Assembly (NCBI GenBank): GCA_043228905.1
Contig: JBHGNT010000015.1
Coordinates: forward strand, 4,712,001 to 4,776,000
DNA: 64,000 nucleotides
Direction of reading: 5' to 3'
Source: Azolla caroliniana
Taxonomy: Eukaryota > Plantae > Polypodiophyta
Shown: in pieces, positions 10,853 to 24,400 of the stretch
How the letters are laid out: every line of letters starts with the position of its first letter
Numbering within the stretch: the first letter of the stretch is position 1
The notes under the pieces: model-generated
What the model was told of the DNA's origin: nothing
Seen by the model: only the letters and a program-made list of their open reading frames with translations
Databases searched by the model: none
Program-made: the position numbers and the translations under genes

Positions 10853-13800
10853 TGTTGGGATTACGGTCCCTCCGGATGGGATGGTCGGATGTCCGGGAAT
10901 CGGGAATGAAGACCCCGGCTACGGAGCCGGATGATGAAGACCCCGGCTACGGAGCCGGATGACGAATGTACCCGGAGAGAGATCCGGATGCGGGGACATA
11001 TTTGTGAATATGTTTGCCAAGGGCCCTCGAGGCTATATTTGTAAATAGCCCGAAAGTCATATGTGTATAAATATGACTTAGGGCAAACAGTTTTACTGTT
11101 GTTGCTCATTTTTCTGTTTTTCCACGAAGAGGGAGCGAAGTGAGAGCAGCCGAGAGAGAGAGAGACGAAGAGGTCGTTGCCTCTGTGTATTACCGCCGCC
11201 TGTGGCGAAGATAGTGAGCTCAAGGTTGTTGCCTTGAAGCTTCACCATTGTACATCCCTGTTTGCAGTGCTAGTTGGAGTTTGAGGACTCCCGTGGTTTT
11301 TCCCATTTAGGGTTTTCCACGTAAAACATCCAGTGTACCCTTCTCTCTATTGTCTTCGTGCATTTTGTATTTCCTGTTTTCTGTGAGTTAATCCTATTCC
11401 ACGGTTGTGGCCGAGAACCGTTGTACAACATTTTGGTATCAGAGCGACGGTAACACAGAAAATGGAAGGCGGCAGCAGCGGGCAGCCGGGGATGATGGTG
11501 CTGAATGCGCAGAACTACGCCGACTGGAAGATAAAGATGGAGGATCTGCTCATTGTTCGGGACCTGTATGAACCGATCGACAGGTCGGAAATACCCAAGG
11601 GGGTACTTGTGACGGAATGGAGGCTTCTGAACCGGAAAGCCGTTGCAACCATTCGGCAATACGTCGACGTGAGCGTTCTACAACACGTGGCGAACGACAC
11701 CAACGCATATGAGATGTGGCGGAAGCTGTCGGGCCTCTATGAGAGGAAGAATGCGTTGAACCGGACCTCCCTGATGAGGAAGATAGTGAACCTCAAGTAC
11801 CGGGACGGCGAGAGCATGGTGGAACACGTAAGCACGTTCATGGGATTCGTGAACCAGCTTGCGGCGATCAAGTTCCCGTTGGAGGATGCAATGCAAGCCA
11901 TCATCCTGATGTGTACATTGCCGGAAAGCTGGGAGAACTTGGTGGTGACTCTCAGCACCTCCTGCACCGAAGATAACTTGTCCCTACAAACGGTAAAGAC
12001 AAGTATTTTGAACGAAGAAGCGCGTCGGAGAGATAAAGAACCGGCCTCCGACTCGAAGGCGCTGCTTACCGAATCGGAACGGGGAAGACAACGGAACCGG
12101 AGTCCGCAAAGACGGGAGAAGTCGGGGACCCGGTCGCAGTCAAGAGGAAGGCCCACATGCTTCCACTGTGGGAAGCCGGGGCACTTCCGGAAGAATTGTC
12201 GGCATTACCGAAAAGACAACGGAGCCGACGACACCGATTCGAAGAAGTCACCGGAGCGAAACGGTGCATACCGGGGAGCCACGGACCGGAGAGGTCCGGA
12301 TCGGCGAGGGCAGGACCAGAAAGGAACGACGGCACTCGCGGCAAGTGAAGAAGAGATAATGCTCATTACCGAAGAGAGGGAGCTGAACCTTGCCGGTGAA
12401 GAGATGACCTGGGTGGTCGATTCCGGAGCGTCGTTCCACCTGACCCCGGAGAAGAAATACTTCTCATCCTACACAGCCGGTGAGCACGGCTGTGTCCGGA
12501 TGGGAAATGAAGGTACATGCCGGATTGCCGGCATAGGAGACGTGTGGCTGATGACATCAACCGGATGCAAGATGCTGCTGAAGGATGTTCGACACGTTCC
12601 GGAGGTTCGATTGAACCTGATTTCGGCCGGGAGGCTAGACGATGAAGGCTACACGGGTAGCATCCGGAACGGTGTCATGAAGTTCAGCAAAGGGAGCCTG
12701 ATAGTGGCTCGGGCTCGGAAGGTCAACACACTGTACCTGATGAATTCCCGGCTATGTCCGGAGGAGCTGAACGTGGTAGCTGACACTGCCGGTGAGCTGT
12801 GGCACAAGAGACTGTGCCACATGAGCGAGAAGGGGATGAAGAGGCTTGCAGAAGACAACCTTATTCCAGTGAAGTATGTGCATCTGGAGAAGTGCACCGA
12901 TTGCCTGGCCGGTAAGCAGAACCGAGCCTCCTTCCACTCAAGGCCACCGACGAGACGTAGCGCACCATTGGAGTTGGTGCACACTGACGTGTGTCAAGTA
13001 GAAACGAAGTCACATGGCGGAGCCCAGTACTTCGTGACATTCATTGATGACCACAACCGGAAGCTGTGGACGGCACCGTTGAAGACAAAGGACCAAGTGT
13101 TGTGCGTCTTCAAAGAACTCCACGCGAGAGTGGAAAGGGAATCCGGCAAGAAGCTGAAAGCGATACGAGCGGATAACGGAGGGGAATACCGGGGGCAGTT
13201 CACGGAGTACTGTCGCGCGAAGGGAATCCGGCTTGAGTTTACTGTGCCGAAGACGCCAGAACTGAACGGGCTGGCCGAGAGGATGAACCGGACCATAATG
13301 GAGAGGGTCCGGAGTATGCTGGCGCATGCTAAATTACCCAAGGGGTTTTGGGCTGAGACATACGTGATAAACAGATCACCCTCAGTACCTTTGGACGGAG
13401 ACACGCCGCAGAGAGTGTGGACCGGTAGGGAAGTATCCTACCGGCATTTGAAGGTGTTCGGGTGTCTCGCATATGTGCATGTGGCAAAGGACCGGAGAGG
13501 AAAGATAGATCCAAAGACCCGGCCATGCATATTCCTCGGTTACGGCGACGACGAGTTCGGCTACCGAGTATGGGACCCGGTCGACAAGAAGATATTCAGG
13601 AGTCGAGATATCATCTTCATGGAGGACAAGACACTCGCCGACTGGGAGTCGGAGAAGAAGATGAAGAGCTCCATGTCGACCGGTGAGGATCAACTCTACG
13701 AGGAGCAGTCCCGACCGGCAAGGGACCGGTTAGCACTCGAGGATCCGGCCGAAGACGGTGAAGAAACAGAACCGGCCGAGGAAGATGAAACTGATACCGG

Positions 13801-16077
13801 AACCGGCCCCGATCCCGAAATGGATTCGGATGAAGAGGAAACGGAGGAGCCGGTTATCGAAGCTCCGGAACGGAGATATCCTCTAAGAGAGAGAAGGCCC
13901 CCCCGGAGATTTCCGGAACCAGAGCACGTGCTGCTAACCGACGAGGGGGAGCCGGAGAGTTTTGAAGAAGCAAAGCTTGACACCCATAGCCGCAGGTGGT
14001 TAAGTGCCATGCAGGAGGAGATGGATTCCCTGCATGAGAACCACACATATGAACTTGTTGAGTTGCCGAAAGGAAAGCGGGCACTTCGAAACAAGTGGGT
14101 GTTCAAGCTGAAACCGGGAGATGCCGGAAACTCCCCGAGATACAAAGCCAGGATCGTGGTGAAGGGGTTCCAACAGAAGAAGGGCGTCGACTTCGACGAG
14201 ATATTTGCCCCGGTAGTGAAGATGACCTCCATCCGGACGGTGCTGAGCATAGCGGCAAGCATGGACCTCGAGGTAGAACAGATGGACGTGAAGACGGCAT
14301 TCCTTCACGGTGACCTCGAAGAAGAGATCTACATGCAGCAACCGGAAGGATTCGAGAAGAAAGGGAAGGAGCACCTGGTATGCCGGTTGAAGAAGAGCCT
14401 TTACGGACTGAAGCAGGCTCCCCGGCAATGGTACCGGAAGTTCGACTCCTTCATGACCGACGAAGGGTACCACAAAACGCAGTCCGATCACTGCGTGTTT
14501 GTGAAGAAGTTCGAAGGAGGAGACTTTCTAATACTCCTCCTATACGTGGACGACATGTTGATCGTCGGACGGGACCAGGTCAAGATACGGACGCTGAAGA
14601 GAGCGCTTCACCGAACCTTCTCAATGAAGGACCTGGGTCCGGCGAGGCAAATACTAGGGATGCACATCATCCGGGACCGGAAGAAGAAGCAGTTGTGGTT
14701 GTCACAGGAGAAGTACGTGACAAAGGTGCTTCACCGGTTCAACATGTCGGAAGCAAGACCGGTCGGTTCACCCCTCCCGGCAAATTGCAAGTTGTCCAGC
14801 AAGCAAAGCCCCAAGACAAAGGCTGAGAAGGAGGACATGATGAAAGTACCATATGCCTCTGCCGTCGGAAGCTTGATGTACGCGATGGTGTGTACAAGAC
14901 CGGACATAGGATATGCAGTCGGAGTGGTGAGCCGGTACATGAGCAATCCCGGCAAAGAGCACTGGAACGCGGCCAAGTGGATACTCTGATACCTAAAGGG
15001 CACGGCAAACGTATGCCTCCGATTCGGCTCAGGTAAGCCCGAACTCGACGGCTTTACCGATTCGGATATGTCGGCTGATGCAGATACCAGCCGGTCCACA
15101 TCAGGGTATGTGATGACGTATGCAGGTGGAGCTGTTTCGTGGCAGTCGAGGCTGCAGAAGACGGTTGCGTTGTCAACCACGGAGGCGGAGTACATGGCGG
15201 CTGTTGAAGCCGGCAAGGAAATAATATGGATGAAGGACTTCATTAGAGAGCTCGGTATCCGGCAAGAGGAATACCGACTCTACTGCGACAGTCAGAGTGC
15301 CATCCACCTTGCGAAGAACGCGGCCTATCACTCCCAGACGAAGCACATCCAGCGAAGATATCACTGGATCCGGGAAAGGATAGAAGAGCAGGAGTTCGTG
15401 CTGACGAAGATCCACACGGAAGAGAACGGGTCAGATATGCTGACCAAAGTGCTCACACCCGACAAGCTGGAAGCATGCCGGATGAGGGTCGGACTGGAAA
15501 GACATCCCATGCCGAAGTGAAGGGGGAGTTTGTTGGGATTACGGTCCCTTCGGATGGGATGGTCGGATGTCCGGGAATCGGGAATGAAGACCCCGGCTAC
15601 GGAGCCGGATGACGAATGTACCCGGAGAGAGATCCGGATGCGGGGACATATTTGTGAATATGTTTGCCAAGGGCCCTCGAGGCTATATTTGTAAATAGCC
15701 CGAAAGTCATATGTGTATAAATATGACTTAGGGCAAACAGTTTTACTGTTGTTGCTCATTTTTCTGTTTTTCCACGAAGAGGGAGCGAAGTGAGAGCAGC
15801 CGAGAGAGAGAGAGACGAAGAGGTTGTTGCCTCTGTGTATTACCGCCGCCTGTGGCGAAGATAGTGAGCTCAAGGTTGTTGCCTTGAAGCTTCACCATTG
15901 TACATCCCTGTTTGCAGTGCTAGTTGGAGTTTGAGGACTCCCGTGGTTTTTCCCATTTAGGGTTTTCCACGTAAAACATCCAGTGTACCCTTCTCTTTAT
16001 TGTCTTCGTGCATTTTGTATTTCCTGTTTTCTGTGAGTTAATCCTATTCCACGGTTGTGGCCGAGAACCGTTGTACA
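10853..16077 (+). mobile_element. Copia A (Tnt1-like), near-intact
   Basis: LTRs 10853-11430 and 15531-~16077, PBS TGGTATCAGAGC at 11434, PPT AGGGGGAG. Left target ACCAG; the right junction has lost ~6 bp. Confidence 0.95.
11462..15520 (+). pseudogene. Copia A gag-pol with one premature stop
   Basis: CCHC, DSG, integrase, YVDD and RNase H present. CGA>TGA at 14987-89 relative to copy D, and a 15-bp in-frame deletion (AMSTA) in integrase. Confidence 0.93.
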
Positions 16078-16878
16078 AGATCATCCACGTATAGGATGAT
16101 GACAATCGGAGTTTCAGAATCGCTTCTTACATAGAGAGAATTGTCGGATTTTGACATTCGGAAGCCAATTCGATGAAGATATTGTGTTATTTTTTAGTGT
16201 GAAGCAGGTGGTGCTAATTTAAGGCCGTAGAGAGGCTTCTTGAGTCGGCATATGGATTTCAGATGAATATTGGATTCAAAGTCGGGTGGTTGTACCATGT
16301 ACACCTCCTCTTCTACTTAGCCTTGAAGAAAGGCGTTCTTGACATCCATCTAGTGGAGGTGCCACCCTTTCGCTATTGCAAGCGCTATCATACTCCGCAC
16401 GGTTGTCATCTTTGCCATCGGGTCAAAGGTCTCTTCATAGTCAACTCCCTGTGTTTGTGCGTAGCCCTTTGCTACGAGTCGAGCTTTGTAATGGTTGACG
16501 GACCCGTTGGCATTATACTTCACTTTGTATATCCATTTGCAACTGATTGCCTTCTTGTGCGGTGAGTGAGGGACGAGATCCCATGTCTCGTTCTTGCTGA
16601 GAGCTTGCATCTCTATTGGGAAATTGGTCCCTTCGGATGGGATCTGGTGATGAATGAAGAGGACCCGGTAAGAACCGGGAGAGATCTGGAAACCAGAGGA
16701 GACCCGGTAAGAACTAGAAGAGAGACATATCTATAAATATGTTTCGAGTAAAAGCCTATTGAAGCTATATTTGTAAATAGCCCTAAGTTCATATAAGTAT
16801 AAATATGACTTAGGGCAATCACTTTTGTATGTGATTGTCATATTGTTGTATGTGCATAACTATTGTATAGAGAGCGAT

Positions 16879-16912
<34 letters not shown>

Positions 16913-18703
16913 TAGCTATGAGCACTCTCTGTTGTAACCGCCGTCTGGCGAAGATCGTGAGCACGAGGTCGCTGCCTCTGTGCCTCCACTTTGTATTTTT
17001 CTTCTCATATAGTGATTGTTGGAGTCCATGGGCTCCCGTGGTTTTTCCCAATTAGGGTTTTCCACGTAAACATCCCGTGTCATTTATGTGTACTCTCTCG
17101 TTCATTCCCATTTCTGTGATTCAAGACTTGGTTTTGGCTGAGCGATATTCCGTGCTATTCTTCACAAATTGGTATCAGAGCGAACAACAGAGGAAATGGT
17201 AGAATCGTTCGGCGGCATGTTCAAGCTCACCGACAACTACGCAGTATGGAAATCGAAGATGAGAGATATGCTCATGGTCAAAGATCTTTGGTTGCAGGTT
17301 CAGTCCGGGGACAAGAGACCGGATAAGATCGATGCCACAGTGTGGGAGGTGATGCACATGAAGACGACGGCATACATCCAGTGCTTCATCGACATGAGCA
17401 TGTACAACAACTTCAATGAAGAGAGCAAGGCTCATGAACTCTAGGAGAAGATCGACATCATGTTCTAGAAAAGAATGCCGTTAATCGGGTTTCGGTAATC
17501 TGGAAGCTAGTGAGGCTCCGGTACTAGGACAACTCCAGTATGGCGGAGCACTTGAATGCCTTCCAAGGATTGATCCACCAGACAACCTCATTGGAAGTAC
17601 CTCTGGCCAATGAGGTCAACACACTATATCTGATGCATGCCCGGATATACCGGGAAGAAGTGAACGTAGCATCCGACTCTGCCGGTGAGCTGTGGCACAA
17701 CCTCTTGTGCCACATGAGTTAGAAGTGGATGAAGAGAGTTGCCGAAGACAATCTCATTCCGGTGAAGGACGTGCAACTTGAGAAGTGCACGGATTGCTTG
17801 GCCCGCAAGCAAAACCGAACCTCCTTCCGGTCAAGAACACCGATGAGAAGGAATGCACCATTGGAGCTGGTGCATACCGATGTGTGTCAAGTGGACACGA
17901 AGTCACATGCCGGATCGCAGTACTTCGTGACATTCATAGAAGACCACAATCGGAAGCTGTGGGTCTCACCGTTGCAGACAAAGGATCAGGTGTTATCCGT
18001 CTTCAAGGAGTTCCACGCGAGAGTGGAAAGAGAAACCGGACGGAAGCTAAAGGCGGTTTGAGCGGACAATGGAGGAGAATACCGGGGGCAATTCGAGGAG
18101 TACTGCCGGTCGAAGGGAATCGGGCACGAGTTTACCATGCCGAAGATGCCGGAACTAAACAGGCTGGCCGAAAGGATGAACCGGACCATAATAGAGAGAC
18201 TCTGGAGCATGCTGGCACATGCCAAGTTACCCAAGACGTTCTGGGCTGAGGCGCTGACGACGATGACCTATGTGATAAACAGATCACTCTCAGTACCGTT
18301 GGACGGAGACACACCGCAAAGAGTATGGACTGGTAAGGACGTATCCTACCGGCATCTAAAGGTGTTCGGATGTCTTGCTTATGTGCATGTGGTCAAGGAA
18401 AAGAAAGAAAAGCTGGATATGAAGTGCAAGCCATGCATATTCCTTGGATACAACGATGATGAGTTCGGTTACCGGGTGTGGGATCTGGTCAACAAGAAGG
18501 TGTTCCGGAGTCGGGACATAGTCTTCATGGAAGACAAGACCATTGCTGACTGGGAGTCGGAGAAGAAGATGATGAACTTTGGATCATCCAATGAAAACCA
18601 GTTTGAGGACACAAGGACCGACCCGGTGGAAAACTGGATGTTGGCCGGTAACTGGAGGATACTTGACGAACCGGCCAGTTATGGACAAGTCAGCGAACTG
18701 ACC

Positions 18704-18751
18704 GAAGAAGAAGAAGAAGAAGAAGAAGAAGAAGAAGAAGAAGAAGAAGAA
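18704..18751 (+). repeat. (GAA)n expansion giving poly-Glu in the Copia B INT-RT linker
   Basis: About 16 GAA units; the same site in Copia C has EEEEQE. Confidence 0.9.
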
Positions 18752-19586
18752 GACACCGGAACTGGACAAGATCCCGAATCGGATTTAGATGAGGAACAAA
18801 CGGAGGAACCGGTAGTCAAAAACCAAGCACAGAGATATCCTCTCTGAGAGAGAAGAGCCCCCCAGAGATTTCCGGACGCAGAGCATGTGTTGCTAACCGA
18901 CGAGGGGGAGCCTTAAAGCTTCGAAGAAGAAAAGAGAGACACCCACAACCGCAAGTGGTTGAGTGCCATGTAGGACGAGATGGATTCCCTGCATAAGAAC
19001 CACACATATGAACTGATGGAGTTGCCGAGAGGGAAGAGAGCACTCTGGAACAAGTGGGTGTACAAGCTGAAACTGGGAGATGCCGAAAATCCACCAAGGT
19101 ATAAGGCCCGAATGGTGGTGAAGGACTTCCAACAGAAGAAAGGAGTGGACTTCGATGAGATCTTTGCCCTGGTAGTAAAGATGACATCCATCCGGACGGT
19201 ATTGGGCATAACGGCAAGCATGGACCTCGAGGTAGAGCAACTGGACGTGAAGACGACATTCCTCCATGGTGACCTCGAAGAGGAGATCTACATGCATCAA
19301 CCGGAAGGATTTGAGAAGAAAGGGAAGGAGCACTTGGTGTGCTAGCTGAGGAAGAGCCTATAAGGATTGAAGCAAGCTCCTCAGCAATGGTACCAGAAGT
19401 TCGACTCCATGATCGACCAAGGGTACCACAAGATGTAGGCCGATCATTGCGTGTTTGTGAAGAAATTTGATGGAAGAGATTTCCTAATACTCCTATATGT
19501 GGATGATATGCTGATCGTCGGACAAGACCAAGGCAAGATTCGGATGCTGAAGAAGGCTCTGAACTGAACCTTCTCAATGAAAGACT

Positions 19587-19879
19587 TGTTGGAGACAAAG
19601 TCGTCAGTGCGGAAGATCAAGGAGCATTCGAGTCTTGCTGCATACCTGCGTATGACTGTTTCTATGTCGTTGCACAGAGAGAGAGTGAGAGAGAGAGAGA
19701 GAGATGCACAAAAGAACTCTTTATTCCAATAGACAAGAATACAACAACCCAACCTTACAAAAAGGTTACAAGGTCAATATATATAGTGACCGACTTAGGG
19801 CAACTACCCTTTATGCTAATTACATAAATGGCCAAAACGGGATAGTGTGAATACGTCCATTATACACATGTATTCGACA
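19587..19879 (-). mobile_element. Solo LTR of the Copia E/F family
   Basis: 293-bp reverse complement of the Copia E 5' LTR, perfect TSD AGACT, inserted in the RT of Copia B. Confidence 0.95.
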
Positions 19880-21033
19880 AGACTTGGGGTCGACAAGACA
19901 GATATTGGGAATGCACATCATCCGGGACCGGTCGAAGAAGCTATTGTGGTTGTCACAGGAGAAGTATGCAACAAAGGTGCTTCAATAGTTCAACATGTCG
20001 GACGCGAAACCGGTCGGATTGACACTTTTGGCAAACTGCAAGTTGTCCGGAAAACAAAGCCCGGGGACAAAGGCGGAGAAGATGGATATGATGAAGATTC
20101 CATATGCGTCTGCCGTCGGAAGCTTGATGTATGCGATGGTATGTACCCGGTCGGACATCGGATATGCAGTTAGAGTGGTGAGCCGGTTCATGAGCAATCC
20201 CGAAAGAGAGCACTAGAATGCGGTCAAGTGGATACTCTGGTATTTGAAGGGCACCTCGAGTATGTGCCTCCAGTTCGGCTCTGATAATTCCCAACTTGAT
20301 GGATTCACGGATTCGGATATGTCGGCTGATGCGGATACCACCCGATCGACATCCGGATATGTCATGACTTATGCAGGGGGAGCTGTTTCATGGAAGTCGA
20401 TGCTGCAGAAGACGGTTGCGTTGTCAACCACGGAGGCGGAGTACATGGCAACTGTAGAAGCCGGCAAGGAGATAATCCAGATGAAGGACTTCATCGGAGA
20501 ACTAGGGATCCAACAGGAGGAATACCGGCTCTACTACGACAGTCAAAGTGCCATTCACCTTGCAAAGAACGCGGCCTACCATTCCCGGACGAAACATATC
20601 CACGGTGGCACCACTGGATCCAGGAGAGAGTAGAAGATCAAGAGTTCGTGTTGACGAAGATCCAGATGGAGGAGAACGGGTCAGATATGCTGACCAATGT
20701 GTTAATGACTGACAAGCTGGACGCGTGCCAAAAGCGGATCGGGTTGACGAGACATTCCATGCCGTAGTGAAGTGGGAGATTGTTGGGAAATTGCTTCCTT
20801 CGGATGGGATCCGATGATGAATGAAGAGGACCCGGTAAGAACTAGGAGAGATCTGGAAACCGGAGGAGAACCGGTGAGAACCGGAAGAGATACATATCTA
20901 TAAATATGTTTCGAGTAAGCCTATTGAGGCTATATTTGTAAATATCCCTAAGTTCATATAAGTATAAATATGACTTAGGGCAATCACTTTTGTATGTGAT
21001 TGTCATATTGTTGTATGTACATAACTACTGTAC

Positions 21034-21086
<53 letters not shown>

Positions 21087-21498
21087 CTACGAGCACTCTC
21101 TGTTGTAACCGCCGTCTGGCGAAGATCGCAAGCACGAGGTCACTGCCTCTATGCATCCACTTTGTATTTTTCTTCTCATATAGTGATAGTTGGAGTCTGT
21201 GGGCTCCCGTGGTTTTTCCCTATTAGGGTTTTCCATGTAAACATCATGTGTCATTTATGTGTAGTCTCTCGTTCATTCCTATTTCTGTGATTCAAGACTC
21301 GATTGTGTCCGAGCAATATTTCGGGCTATTCTTCACAATCTCCTCATTCATCGCTTCGACCCATCGTGGATCTTTAGCGGCTTCAGCAAAGCTCTCCGGT
21401 TCTAGAACTACTGCCACCTTCATCATAAAGGCATTGTGATATGCCATATAGTCGTTGTAGCCGAATCGGCTAACCAAATTCTTCTCTAGGGTGCAGTG

Positions 21499-24400
21499 TG
21501 TCAGCAGTAGTACTAAAAGAGAGAGAGAATTAGTACTGGAGAAGGGAAGTACTATTAGTACTAAGAGGACTGGACTGCGTAAGACTCACGAGAGAGGAAG
21601 AGAGAGAGATTGCGAGGACGAGAGAGATGATGATAACAGATGATATATTATATGAAGAGTAAGTACAAAATAGCTATGAGGCTTAAGACATGGCGTTGAA
21701 CCAATTTGGTTCGAAATAATGCCTTGTGCCTCCTTTTATAGTGCTCTCAGGAGTAGTCTTGAAGCTTTTGGAAGATACGTTACTTTTCTATAGTAAAATT
21801 GAAATGAAAATAATATCCTACGTATTACAATAGATAGTGTAATGGTCAAGAGCTCAATCCATATAACATAAGGTCATGGGTTCGAGTCTTGCCATATCAT
21901 GACACTATCGCCCCTTAAGACGACGAGTGTAATGAGTCGACGAATCCTAAGCATTGGCGACATGGTCGACGGGTTCCCAAGTACGTTCGCTTGGACTATA
22001 GTCGAGCCAATCGACCAAATAATAAAGTTTGTTGTGAACGAACTTGGAGGCGAGGACAACAACAACTTCATACTCCGGGTCGATGTCCTACTCAAGCGGG
22101 GGTGGCGGTGGGTGTAACACGATTGGGAATAGTTGTTGGCGTTATAAGGTTCAAGAAGAGAACTATGGAAGTTCGGATGTATCTGAAGGTGCGGAGGAAG
22201 ATCAAGGTGGAACGTGACATGATTAATCTTACCGGTAATACGGAAAGGACCGAGTCGTCGATAGTCCAATTTGTCGCATGGTCGAGTAGTCTTGATGTGA
22301 CGACATAAGAGCCACACTCGATCTCCGATGGCAAAAGAGGAGGGAAGCCGATGACGATCCACATAAGTCTTCTGTGTGTGTTGAGCATGACGAAGATGAG
22401 TAGATAGATCCATTTGAATCTTGCATAACTTCTCCAAATGATCCTCGGCACGAGGATTGGTAGGTAGCTCCGGGGTGTCGATCACAGACCAAGGAGGATG
22501 AAAACTGGTATAAGCGTAAAATGGGGAGACTTGAGTTGAGGAGTGAATAACGTTATTATAAGAAAACTCCGCAAAGTGGAGAATATCAACCCAATCATCC
22601 TGTTGGTAACTCAGAAAACACCAGAGGTATTGTTCCAGCATTTGATTTGTTCGTTCTGCTTGCCCATCGGTCTAGGGATGGTGGCTGGAGGAGAGGTTGC
22701 AAGAGACCTTGAGCATCTTAAAGAGGTGCTTCCAAACTTTGGAGACAAATTGAGGTTCTCGATCACTGATGATACTGTCTGGGAGGCCATGATGCCGAAA
22801 TACCTCACGCATGACAAGGGCGGCGGTTTCTTCACTTTTGATGGCCTTAGTACAAGGCACAAAATGTGCCATCTTAGTATATCGATCAACGACGGTTAAA
22901 ATAGCATCAAAACCCTTCGAGACTAGAAGATCTATGATAAAATCAAGAAAAATGGACTGCCACGGCTTACTTGGAATTGCTAAGGATTCCAACAAGCCAT
23001 ATGGATGATGTTGTGGCATCTTTGCTCGGCAACAAGCATCACAGGTCCGAACGTAGTCGTCGACAAAACGTCGCATATGGGGCCACCAAAAAGATCGTTG
23101 AACTAGATCCAACGTCTTAGCACTACCGAAATGTCTCGTTGTATGGGTGTCGTGACAATTTTGGATGATTTGAAGGCGATAGGAGCAATCGGGAACATAT
23201 ACGAGCTTTTTAAAGAATAACAAACCATCATGATATTCGAATTGTCGGTTGTCCATACCTGGTTGTTGAGACTGGGAGTAGGATGCCTGAGAGGTATCAA
23301 TTTGTGCTAGAATGGCTTGAACAAAATTGTCGTCTTCAAGTTGGCACGTATGGCATCGATGATCCGAGAATCTAGTGGAGTGTGAAAAATCCTTGTTGTG
23401 TGCAAACGTGTTGGTCCCAAGTTTACCTGCTTTTGATTATCAAATGTTGGATCACTAGGACGAGGTGCAAGATATGAACATCGCGATAGTGCATCTGCTT
23501 TTCCTTGCTGCTTCCCCGGCCGATATGTGATTTTGAAGTCAAAATGCATGAGAAATTGGGCCCATTGAGCTTGCTGTCGATTTAATACACGAGCATTCTA
23601 GAAATAAGCAAGATTTTTATGATCACTGAAGATGATGACCTGATGTGGAGAGCCCTCTAAGAAGTGCCGCCATTGCACAAATAAATCCACGATGGCTAAT
23701 AACTCCTTGTCATGTATCTTGTAGTTGATTTCCGCAACATCAAATTTGCGCGAATGGAAAGCCACAAGATGTAATTTTTCTTTATCTCCTTGTTGTGAAA
23801 GGATGCTAACGAGGGTGAAATCCGATGCGTCGGCCTCCATAATGAATGGTTTGCTAGTATCCACATGAGCTAGAATCGGTGCTGATGTAAAGGCTTTCGT
23901 AAGATGCATAAAAGCCATGTCTGCTTCATTGGACCAAGGAAATGCTTGTCCCTTCTTGGTAAGCTGTGTGAGAGGCAAAATAATCTTCGAGTAATCTTGT
24001 ATAAACTTGCAGTAGAAGTTAGCAAAGCCTAGGAAACATTGTACATCTCGTAACAAACATGGAGTTTGCCACTCTAACACAATTTTGACTTTAGCTGGAT
24101 CCATGGAGATGCCCTTTGAGGAGATGACGTAGCCTAGAAATTCCACTTGCTTGCAGTCAAAGCTACATTTATCCAGTTTGGCATAAAGACCATTCTCTCC
24201 AAGTCATTTTAGTACTAATAGTACATGAGAATCATACTCTTCCTGGGTCTTCGAATAAACCAATAGATCATCCAGATAGATGATCAAATAGATATCCAAG
24301 AGGTCTCTGAATAGATCATTTGCCATGTGCTGGAAGACTGCGGTGCGGGTGCATTGGTTAGACCAAACGGCATAACGATATACTCGAAGTGCCCATATCG

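Larger units (their letters stand above)
16614..21337 (+). mobile_element. Copia B: decayed and internally deleted
   Basis: LTRs 16614-17166 and 20781-21337, perfect TSD ATCTC, PBS 17170-81. Gag C-terminus and protease are missing; many stops. Confidence 0.93.

Noticed and set aside
13696-14491. Long antisense ORFs repeated in A and D, and in E and F
   Set aside because: Shadow frames of GC-rich pol; their recurrence only reflects near-identity of the copies.
14987-14989. Programmed stop-codon read-through in Copia A pol
   Set aside because: Sister copy D has CGA at this codon, so it is a CpG transition; the context is not a known read-through motif.
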